This document shows positions 1 through 5,802 of a DNA stretch of 6,218 nucleotides, piece by piece. The translations under genes and the position numbers were made by a program. Position 1 is the stretch's first letter. Each line of letters begins with the position of its first letter. The notes under the pieces are model-generated. The model was given only the letters and a program-made list of their open reading frames with translations. It was not told the origin of the DNA and made no database searches. The stretch is from IMG/VR virus record IMGVR_UViG_2531839579_000022. One strand, given 5' to 3'. The DNA comes from a virus. Its lineage: Duplodnaviria > Heunggongvirae > Uroviricota > Caudoviricetes.

Positions 1-22
1 TAACTATTTGATAATTAATAAA

Positions 23-1303
23 TTAATTTTGCGCCACCTCGTTTTGGGGCATGGTTGGGGCAAACTCGCTTAGCTGTGTATTTAGCAGGGCTACCTGTGC
101 ATTATTGTTTTCAGACATCCATTTCCCGTATACCTGAAACACCATTTGCGCATCTGCATGTCCCATCTGGTTTGCTATGAATGCCGGGTTGGCACCGGCT
201 GTCAGCGACCAGCAGGCATAAGTATGTCTCGACTGATATGATTTGCGGTGGCGGAGGCCAGCGCGCTTTATCGCTGCGTCCCACATCTGCCTTATTGAGT
301 CAACGGTAAAATGGTCACCATAATTTTTTACTCTCGCTGACACTTCAGGTTGAAAAACAAAGGTGCATTTTTGTTTTTCTGTTCTGCCGAACTCTCTGAG
401 GTGAACGTCAATAATATGTTCTTTGCTCAGCCTCGTTAGTGTCATCTGACTCCTGAGAGCGTCGATTGCAGGCTTGATAAGGTGAATTACCCGATTGGTA
501 CCAGCCTGTGTTTTCGGTACCGTAAAACGATCTTTTGCTAAATTTCTCCTGATCATCATTGTTCCATTTTTCAGATCTATGTCCTCCCACCCAAGCGCAC
601 ACAGTTCACCAGGGCGAATGCCTGTATAAACAGAAACACACCATAAATTTTTGGCCTGCTGATTTCTGCAGGCGTCGATAAGACGGATAAATTCCTCCCG
701 TGAAAGAGGATCAGGAATGGTTCTTGATTCCTTTAATGGCGAGATCCCCTTAAACGGATTATCTGCCAGGTAACCGTTATCAACACCAAACTGGAACACG
801 GCGTAAAGATTTGTCATGTAATTATTTACGGTGACAGCCGATCTCCCCGGTTGCGTAACAATATAATTACTTTTGGGGATCTGGTATCCAGTAAGTAACT
901 CTTTACGTACCGCCAGCAATTTTTCTTTATTAATCGACGAGGCAAGATTTTTTTCACCGATTATGCTCAGAATATTTTTGATGACGGCACGGTACGTGTT
1001 GAGTGACGTTTTTGCGACTTCCGTTTCTTTCAGTGCCAGAAATTTTTCAGCCAGTTCCTTTATGGTTAAATCTTGCCGGGCCTCACCAAATTTTTCCAGA
1101 TTGTGTGAGGAGGGAAACTGTTTTGCATAGTCGAAAACGCCGGTTTTTATTGCATAACAAACAGAGGCGCGCAGCTCACCTGCAATGCGCCTGTTTTTTG
1201 TCGTGTCAGGAACCCCCAGATTTTCCCTGACTCTTACACCTTTATAAACAAACCAGATACGTAATTTCCCTCCATGGTTTTCCACGCCTGTCGGATATTT
1301 CAT
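23..1303 (-). CDS. int: Tyrosine recombinase / prophage integrase (Rac IntR / Qin IntQ-like family)
   Basis: Long minus-strand ORF (track 23..1318, 431 aa). The N-terminus (KYPTGVENHGGKLRIWFVYKGVRVRENLG) resembles the arm-binding domain of Rac/Qin-type integrases. The C-terminus carries a tyrosine-recombinase box II-like region (RHRKSYQSRHTYACWSLTAGANP...GHADAQMVFQVYGKW) with candidate catalytic His/Arg/Tyr. The first ATG (1318) has no Shine-Dalgarno; the ATG at 1303 (MKYPTGV) is preceded by GAGAGAAG, so that start is preferred. Last gene of the leftward operon, directly downstream of a small xis-like gene. Confidence 0.92.
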   Translation of the reverse strand: MKYPTGVENHGGKLRIWFVYKGVRVRENLGVPDTTKNRRIAGELRASVCYAIKTGVFDYAKQFPSSHNLEKFGEARQDLTIKELAEKFLALKETEVAKTSLNTYRAVIKNILSIIGEKNLASSINKEKLLAVRKELLTGYQIPKSNYIVTQPGRSAVTVNNYMTNLYAVFQFGVDNGYLADNPFKGISPLKESRTIPDPLSREEFIRLIDACRNQQAKNLWCVSVYTGIRPGELCALGWEDIDLKNGTMMIRRNLAKDRFTVPKTQAGTNRVIHLIKPAIDALRSQMTLTRLSKEHIIDVHLREFGRTEKQKCTFVFQPEVSARVKNYGDHFTVDSIRQMWDAAIKRAGLRHRKSYQSRHTYACWSLTAGANPAFIANQMGHADAQMVFQVYGKWMSENNNAQVALLNTQLSEFAPTMPQNEVAQN

Positions 1304-1337
1304 TTTAGCTTCTCTCATTGGTTAGTATTGTTTTTAG

Positions 1338-1589
1338 TCAAGTAAGATGACGTCTTGGTCTTGCTGATGCCTGACGTTCAATCCAGCGATCAATTTCTTC
1401 CAGGTTGTAAAAGCATGGGCTGTTATCCCATGGCATACCGTCATGGGCTACATGCTTATATTCCCTTCCTTCCATAAACGATTTTTCCCTGGCTTTTTTT
1501 AGTGTTCCCTTTTTTATTCCTTTCAGCGCAATTAGCTGTTCTTCGGATACCCATTTACCGGGAGAGACAATCATGATTACTTCGCTCAT
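1338..1589 (-). CDS. xis: Excisionase-like small DNA-binding protein (Xis / YdaQ-like)
   Basis: 83-aa ORF directly upstream of int on the same strand with a 19-nt gap, the classic xis-int arrangement. Basic C-terminus. The sequence (GKWVSEEQLIALKGIKKGTLKKAREKSFMEGREY...) is recalled as similar to the DUF1233/YdaQ excisionase-like family of Rac-type prophages; this is from memory, not a search. Contains an A7 homopolymer in coding (plus 1494-1500). Confidence 0.65.
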   Translation of the reverse strand: MSEVIMIVSPGKWVSEEQLIALKGIKKGTLKKAREKSFMEGREYKHVAHDGMPWDNSPCFYNLEEIDRWIERQASARPRRHLT

Positions 1590-1615
1590 CGCTTTTATCT
1601 CTTACTTCAGATGAG

Positions 1616-1647
1616 CGCCGGTTGCAGAATACCAGTCACAACCGGCG
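1616..1647 (-). promoter_or_regulatory. GC-rich hairpin in the exonuclease-xis intergenic region
   Basis: 9-bp perfect stem CGCCGGTTG (1616-1624) paired with CAACCGGCG (1639-1647), 14-nt loop, no adjacent U-tract on either strand. Sits between the exonuclease stop (1659) and the xis start (1589). Confidence 0.3.
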
Positions 1648-1658
1648 ATGGTTGAACA

Positions 1659-2447
1659 TTAAAAATCAGCCTGACTCGGGATCAGTTTTTGTATCGTAGC
1701 TGTAACGTATTTTGCCTGGTGACGGGCGTCATCCAGTGCATTGTGGCGCACGCCTTCGAATGGAATAACGGTTCTGGCATCAAAGTCGATTGTTTTTCCC
1801 AGCTCAACGATTGTGCGTACATCGCGATCGTTGTGGTAGCGCCACGGGCAGGGGATGTCCAGACGTTCGTATGAGGTGCGCAAAATTGCGTTATCGAAAG
1901 TCGCACCATTACCCCATACCTGAACGAATTTTTCATCTGAGTATTCGTTGATGAACTCCCGAAACTGCGAAAGGGCATCCTTCAGTTTTACCTGGTCTGT
2001 TAAAATGGCAGCTCTGGCTTCACTGGACTGCTTCAGCCACCATTCGATGGTTCCACCGTCAGGAACAGCCCCTGTATTCATTGCGTCAGTCAGACTGATA
2101 ACGATATAAAATACTGGCCCGATTTCCCCTGTTTGTGGGTCGAAGAAAACCGCACCAATAACCACGATGGGCGCATTGGTGTTGGTTCCCATTGTTTCAA
2201 GGTCGATCATCAGGTGGTACCACACTCTGCTGGTGGATGTGATAACGTGATGACCGTTCACCGAAATTAAGGAATCTGCCGTCTCGCCAGTTTCACTATC
2301 GCTGGCGTGGTCCTGAGCGCTGCCAGCATTCTCCTTGTGTGGATGTTCAGCGCCTTCCATTTTCTCCGAATCGTCTTCCTGAACTTCAACCTGGTTCTTG
2401 TCATCGAATGTTTCCTGGTATGTTGCGTCGCCCATCACCGCCCACAT
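1659..2447 (-). CDS. DEDDh-family (DnaQ/RNase T-like) 3'-5' exonuclease with an acidic N-terminal extension
   Basis: ORF of 262 aa. Exo I motif in [11 protein letters not shown] (D-x-E after a beta-strand); Exo II-like [12 protein letters not shown]; Exo [16 protein letters not shown] (His plus Asp, DEDDh type). The start is uncertain. ATG 2447 overlaps the upstream ORF by 47 nt and has a poor SD. ATG 2360 (MEGAEHP...) has GGAG 3 nt upstream and no overlap. A start at Met80 (2210) is excluded because it would remove the beta-strand before D-x-E. Confidence 0.8.
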   Translation of the reverse strand: MWAVMGDATYQETFDDKNQVEVQEDDSEKMEGAEHPHKENAGSAQDHASDSETGETADSLISVNGHHVITSTSRVWYHLMIDLETMGTNTNAPIVVIGAVFFDPQTGEIGPVFYIVISLTDAMNTGAVPDGGTIEWWLKQSSEARAAILTDQVKLKDALSQFREFINEYSDEKFVQVWGNGATFDNAILRTSYERLDIPCPWRYHNDRDVRTIVELGKTIDFDARTVIPFEGVRHNALDDARHQAKYVTATIQKLIPSQADF

Positions 2448-3378
2448 CAGGGCAGTTGCCGCCCCGTCTGCCGCAGGCGGTGCAGATCTTTTCCGGTTCC
2501 TGTTGCCACTGGTTCAGGTGTTTCGTTTCTGGCTCGTTTTGTAACGCATTTGGGCTGTTTTGTTCCGCTTTCTGGTAGTTCCGTTCCGATTCATGCTGGT
2601 TCTGGTTTACAGAATCGCGGGTCTGGATCCCCTTAACCCATTTCGGATCATTCGGGTCGCTAATCCCTGCAACAAATTCTCCGCGAGAGGCAGCAAGCAA
2701 CTTATCGGCGTCAGGCTGGCTGATATTGGCTGCCTGCATAATTTTGTTTACTTCGTCAGCGGTAACTTTTACCGGCCCTGGTTGTGCGGTCGTGTCAGAT
2801 GCACCAGTATTTTGTTGTGAACCTGAGTATGTACCGTTTTTGCGGGCGAAATATTCTTCTTTCGTGATTTCAGTAGCCCCGGCAGCCAGTGCCTTATCCA
2901 GACCAGAAAGTTTGTTTGCGCGACCGTATTTTTCGCCATCCTTGTCGGTGAAGAGGAAGTAGAACGGCCCCTCACGCTCTACAGATGGTTCGACTTCCAC
3001 TTTGCATTCGGTTTTTTCGTTGTCCGGAATTGCCGTTTCCACTGCATCAGTTTCTGGTACTGGCGACGAGAGAGTATCAGTTGCGATCTGATTTGTTCCT
3101 TCATCTTCAAACACGCCCTTTGTAGTCAGGTATTCAGTAATGTATTTGTTCAGTACCACAGGGTCTTTGTGAATGTCGATCGGACGCTCACGGACAAGGC
3201 CAAAAATAGTCTGGCGGTCGTAGCGAAGGGCATCAGGCTGTTTGCGATTGATGCGAGATACGCTTCCAGTCTTCGCGGTCGTTGTCGATAACTTCATTTT
3301 TTGCCCAGCGATGGATGCTGCCGTCAATGTTTCCGGCATCCACATCACCAGGCCAGAGAGCGTAGGCCAGTTCATCAT
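2401..3378 (-). CDS. Hypothetical prophage protein with Q/N/E-rich tail; likely the C-terminal segment of a larger frameshift-disrupted gene
   Basis: ORF of 325 aa in the track. The sequence from about residue 45 onward ([40 protein letters not shown]...) looks like genuine protein. The first ~44 residues ([38 protein letters not shown]) are low quality and overlap a better-looking reading frame (track ORF 3233..3493). See the frameshift finding. Function unknown. Confidence 0.5.
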   Translation of the reverse strand: MMNWPTLSGLVMWMPETLTAASIAGQKMKLSTTTAKTGSVSRINRKQPDALRYDRQTIFGLVRERPIDIHKDPVVLNKYITEYLTTKGVFEDEGTNQIATDTLSSPVPETDAVETAIPDNEKTECKVEVEPSVEREGPFYFLFTDKDGEKYGRANKLSGLDKALAAGATEITKEEYFARKNGTYSGSQQNTGASDTTAQPGPVKVTADEVNKIMQAANISQPDADKLLAASRGEFVAGISDPNDPKWVKGIQTRDSVNQNQHESERNYQKAEQNSPNALQNEPETKHLNQWQQEPEKICTACGRRGGNCPDVGGDGRRNIPGNIR

Positions 3379-4127
3379 CCAGTGTTTTCCATGTCTGCTT
3401 GTATTCGCGACGAATGGCGCAGTGACAGGGGGATTTTTCCTGTTGAGTTTTCAGTGTTCTGCCGGTTGACTCTGGCGTAGGCGAGATCAACAACAGACGT
3501 GTATTTCCCGGTTTCTTTGCGTTCGGCTTCGCGACGTTTTTTCCAGGTGCGTAATTCTGTCTGGATCTCAGGCCATTTTGCGCCCGGCTTACATTTATGT
3601 TTAACCCACCCGATGGCGAACAGCTTTAGTTCTGAATACATGACGTTAACTTCAGGCATTTTCATCAATGCTTCAACGATATGCCCGTCGAATGTTGCCA
3701 TGTCTTCCTGCAACAATTCCTGTGCGCTAATCACCATATCAACGGTGATGTTTTCACATGTACCGAACTTAACCAGGACCGCGTTCTGTACTTCAAGGGA
3801 CAGCTTGTCAAAATTGACGTTCATCGGATCGGATTCTGGTTCGACCGGAATAAAGGAAGCGGATTCCTCATCCCAGCGGTTTTCCTGCATATATTCAGCA
3901 TCCCAGGAATCGAGGGCAGGGCGGGGTATACCGGGTTTATCCTCGCAGACAAGAAATTTATAAGCGCAGTCCTGAGCAGCCGGATAATGTTCCAGGAATT
4001 GCCAGTGAAATTTTGCGCGGGCGCGACGTTCATCACCGGCTTCAATGGCAGTGGCTACAGCGACGGCACCTTCTTCCTTTATTGCCTGTTCGTCCGGAAT
4101 GGCGGCGCAAATAAAGACTTTACTCAT
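3375..4127 (-). CDS. Hypothetical prophage protein; likely the N-terminal segment of the same frameshift-disrupted gene (occupies the ydfE position of the Qin dicB operon)
   Basis: ORF of 250 aa. ATG at 4127 is preceded by GAGGT with an 8-nt spacer. Protein-like composition through about ...YARVNRQNTENSTGKI, then a junk-like tail ([18 protein letters not shown]) that starts at a G5/C5 homopolymer (plus 3428-3432). Directly downstream of the ydfD-like gene in the operon. Confidence 0.6.
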   Translation of the reverse strand: MSKVFICAAIPDEQAIKEEGAVAVATAIEAGDERRARAKFHWQFLEHYPAAQDCAYKFLVCEDKPGIPRPALDSWDAEYMQENRWDEESASFIPVEPESDPMNVNFDKLSLEVQNAVLVKFGTCENITVDMVISAQELLQEDMATFDGHIVEALMKMPEVNVMYSELKLFAIGWVKHKCKPGAKWPEIQTELRTWKKRREAERKETGKYTSVVDLAYARVNRQNTENSTGKIPLSLRHSSRIQADMENTG

Positions 4128-4206
4128 TTTGTTTTACCTCATTACAGATTTAAGGGTGAACAAATCCCTGCCATTGCTGGCATGTAAAAATGAAACTGGA
4201 TATTAA

Positions 4207-4410
4207 TTACGGCGCTGTTTTTAATCCTGCCGGGATTTCGTTATTATCCATGCGAATAACTTTCTCGACCGGATAACAGTTACCAGGAATTTTCTGTTCT
4301 GCTGCGGCAGCCATACATTCTTTCATTGAACCATATATACCAGTAACCACATCAACAGGTTCGCCAGTATTAAGAAAAACAGTCAGAGTGAGGGCAACAG
4401 CAGTATTCAT
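4207..4410 (-). CDS. ydfD: Small membrane protein, YdfD-like (Qin prophage lysis protein family)
   Basis: 67 aa from the ATG at 4410. That ATG overlaps the dicB stop as ATGA (stop 4407-4409, start 4408-4410). SD AAGGA sits 8 nt upstream. The N-terminal hydrophobic segment MNTAVALTLTVFL is consistent with a single transmembrane helix. Size and position directly after dicB match K-12 ydfD (63 aa). The track's longer 85-aa version starting at 4464 has no usable SD. Confidence 0.6.
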   Translation of the reverse strand: MNTAVALTLTVFLNTGEPVDVVTGIYGSMKECMAAAAEQKIPGNCYPVEKVIRMDNNEIPAGLKTAP

Positions 4411-4595
4411 TGCCAGTATCCTTTTTGCATCGGGCGTAAACGTGCCAGCATTGAAAGAATGCATATTTTATTTAATAGCTCCCGTTCGTGTTTTCTCTTG
4501 TTAATGGCATCTTCAGTAAATACAGGGTTACTGATAGTGACACCAATTTCAAAACAACCTTCAGACGTATTAACGTTTGGTAATAACGTTTCCAT
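4407..4595 (-). CDS. dicB: Cell division inhibitor DicB
   Basis: 62 aa from the ATG at 4595, preceded by GAGGA with a 7-nt spacer. The sequence METLLPNVNTSEGCFEIGVTISNPVFTEDAINKRK...LNKICI.SMLARLR matches my recollection of K-12 DicB (62 aa, MinC-dependent division inhibitor). The track ORF 4407..4691 extends upstream to a GTG but has no SD there. Lies about 180 nt downstream of the DicF-like terminator, as in Qin. Confidence 0.82.
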   Translation of the reverse strand: METLLPNVNTSEGCFEIGVTISNPVFTEDAINKRKHERELLNKICILSMLARLRPMQKGYWQ

Positions 4596-4612
4596 TATCG
4601 CGTCCTCAACAA

Positions 4613-4774
4613 TGAATTTTGTGATGCGGTGCCTGGTGCCTCCAGGTGACGTTAACCAGTTAATAATTAACGCCGGATACAGAGAACCCACCCATAAGAA
4701 CCAATACGGAAGTCAACTGGCCTTTTTAACTGTTCCGCGTGCGCTGAGCCGCATTCACCGCATCACAAAATTCA
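4613..4774. repeat. Perfect 19-bp inverted repeat (TGAATTTTGTGATGCGGTG / CACCGCATCACAAAATTCA) enclosing a 124-nt spacer
   Basis: Left arm 4613-4631 and right arm 4756-4774 are exact reverse complements; the bases immediately outside both arms do not pair. Located between the DicF-like terminator and the dicB SD. The spacer holds a CCTGG-N5-CCAGG hairpin and a 13-bp palindrome GTTAATAATTAAC (4659-4671). Confidence 0.85.
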
Positions 4775-4778
4775 CTTT

Positions 4779-4821
4779 AAAAGGGGCGGGTATCATGGGA
4801 AAAACAAAACGGATACCCGCC
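4779..4821 (-). terminator. Putative Rho-independent terminator (3' end of DicF-like RNA)
   Basis: 10-bp perfect GC-rich stem (plus 4785-4794 GGCGGGTATC paired with 4812-4821 GATACCCGCC) with a 17-nt loop. On the minus strand it is followed by CC-UUUU (plus 4779-4782). The U-tract is short and the loop long, so termination is probably partial. On the plus strand it is followed by A-rich sequence, so it is not a plus-strand terminator. Confidence 0.45.
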
Positions 4822-4835
4822 AAAAGGTAATCAAC
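4779..4835 (-). ncRNA. dicF: DicF-like small RNA (ftsZ-repressing sRNA family), diverged variant
   Basis: Minus-strand sequence ...UUGAUUACCUUUUGGCGGGUAUC-CGUUUUGUUUUUCCCAU-GAUACCCGCCCCUUUU. The 5' part (UUUGGCGG.UAUC.GUUUU) resembles my recollection of K-12 DicF (..CGUUUGGCGGUAUCAGUUUUAC..). Position is between the ydfC-like gene and dicB, as in the Qin dicB operon. Ends in a GC stem plus U-tract. The 5' end is not determinable from sequence, since in K-12 it is made by RNase E processing. Confidence 0.55.
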
Positions 4836-5161
4836 ATGGGTTGTTGCAGCGGGATTGTCACTCAGGCGTATGGTCAACCTGACAACCCGGTGGACATTTG
4901 CGAGGAACGGAGAACCCCCGCCATACTTACCGCCGCGCCATTTCGCGGAGTGCCACAACCGGAAGCGCACGGTCGACGAAAATTTAACGACAGGCTATCT
5001 ATGAACCAGCAACCTCGCCGTGCGCTTTCGCGTTATGCTCTGACTTTTCAGAGAAATATCCTTTCAGTAAACTGTCAGTGCCGGATGCTCACCCGTGTCC
5101 GGCGCACACACTCCACCTCACCCGTGGAGAACTCCTTAATTACCAACCCTCAGGAGGGTGA

Positions 5162-5395
5162 ATGTTAAAATCAACGCTTATTGCTAAATGCCTTTATCAA
5201 AATCGCATGGTAAGCAGCATTTCAATAGGCGAGTCTGCAGTTAAAAGTATTTTCGAAGAGTACTTTCCCGGGCATGATTTTAATAAATGGAATACCAAAT
5301 TACCGCCAGCAGTTTCAACGCGTATTCTGAAAGCAACTGAAAGAGCAAGTACAATTCGCGTTAACTATTTCATTAAAGATTTGTGGGATCTTTGA
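5162..5395 (+). CDS. Hypothetical small protein (77 aa); the only plus-strand gene candidate, convergent with the 135-aa ORF
   Basis: ATG at 5162 is preceded by a strong SD AGGAGG (5152-5157) with a 4-nt spacer. AT-rich coding region, in contrast to the GC-rich segment directly upstream. Not hydrophobic; no recognisable motif. Its 3' end overlaps the 3' end of the minus-strand 135-aa ORF by 23 nt (5373-5395). Real coding status is uncertain. Confidence 0.45.
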   Translation: MLKSTLIAKCLYQNRMVSSISIGESAVKSIFEEYFPGHDFNKWNTKLPPAVSTRILKATERASTIRVNYFIKDLWDL

Positions 5396-5780
5396 TATCC
5401 ACAGAGCCTAAAGTATGTGCATATGGATGTGCTATTGTGCGCCCTCGCAGATTTGCATCATTTTCTAAATTCACTGAACGAAACAGGGCATCAACAAGGC
5501 TCTGTACAATGCAAAGGCAATCGAAGACTGTCGCCGTTTCTGTTTTGATTGATGAAAGAACATGGCCATTCACGCAAACAGAAATTACCCGTTTATTAAC
5601 ATCGCTTTCCTGCTTTTGATTATCAGAACCATATAGCCCTGAAAAAGCATTGCGCACATTACGAACCATATTATCGATGGTTTCTTTTTTGGTGTATGCC
5701 GGGTCAATTTTCACCAGACTATCACCGAGTGTCGTTGCAGCAATTATCTGGATTTCTTTTGGTAAATCTTTAAATTCCAT
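5373..5780 (-). CDS. Hypothetical protein (135 aa), no counterpart recalled in the K-12 dicB operon
   Basis: ATG at 5780 is preceded by GAGG with a 6-nt spacer and lies 22 nt downstream of the stop of the 72-aa ORF, so it is operonic. Soluble-looking sequence with no transmembrane segment and no recognisable catalytic motif. Moderately AT-rich. Confidence 0.6.
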   Translation of the reverse strand: MEFKDLPKEIQIIAATTLGDSLVKIDPAYTKKETIDNMVRNVRNAFSGLYGSDNQKQESDVNKRVISVCVNGHVLSSIKTETATVFDCLCIVQSLVDALFRSVNLENDANLRGRTIAHPYAHTLGSVDIKDPTNL

Positions 5781-5802
5781 TATTAGCCTCGTTGGTTAAC
5801 CA

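Noticed and set aside
408-1230. Plus-strand ORFs 408..602 (minus-strand track entry, alternate frame), 873..1130 and 1003..1230 inside the integrase gene
   Set aside because: They lie entirely within the well-supported integrase ORF in other frames, have junk-like composition (Ser/Phe/Arg/Cys-rich) and no SD. They are shadow ORFs.
2208-2210. Internal Met80 (MIDLETMG) as the true start of the exonuclease
   Set aside because: DEDD exonucleases need a hydrophobic beta-strand directly before the D-x-E motif (here YHLMIDLE), so the start must lie upstream; there is also no SD.
2229-2236. Chi site 5'-GCTGGTGG-3' on the plus strand
   Set aside because: A single octamer in 6.2 kb is about the background frequency for E. 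coli-like DNA; nothing suggests a specific role.
1682-2636. Track ORFs 1682..1978(-), 1689..1874(+), 2307..2636(+) and 2339..2578(+)
   Set aside because: They overlap the exonuclease and the 325-aa ORF in alternative frames or on the opposite strand, with low-complexity Cys/Arg/Pro-rich translations and no translation signals.
3375-3378. ATGA stop/start overlap between the 250-aa and 325-aa ORFs, as evidence of translational coupling of two genes
   Set aside because: The overlap falls inside GATGATGAA, which encodes D-D-E in the third frame that carries the protein-like signal. It is better explained as a by-product of frameshifts within one gene.
3499-4187. Plus-strand ORFs 3499..3963 and 3681..4187, and minus ORF 3821..4045
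   Set aside because: They are embedded in the protein-like 250-aa minus-strand ORF with atypical composition. They are antisense or shadow frames.
4613-4774. Retron-like msr/msd ncRNA, suggested by 19-bp flanking inverted repeats around about 120 nt
   Set aside because: No reverse transcriptase gene anywhere in the window, and the element sits in the conserved dicF-dicB spacer. An RNase III-type processing helix is the simpler explanation.
4613-4774. Miniature inverted-repeat transposable element (MITE)
   Set aside because: No target-site duplication flanks the arms (left flank ..CAACAA, right flank CTTTAA..), and the position is fixed within the operon.
4755-5168. ORFs 4836..5168(+) 110 aa and 4755..4970(-) 71 aa in the GC-rich block
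   Set aside because: Arg/Cys/Pro/Gly-rich translations with no SD. The minus ORF would run through the DicF terminator region. Treated as non-coding structured sequence.
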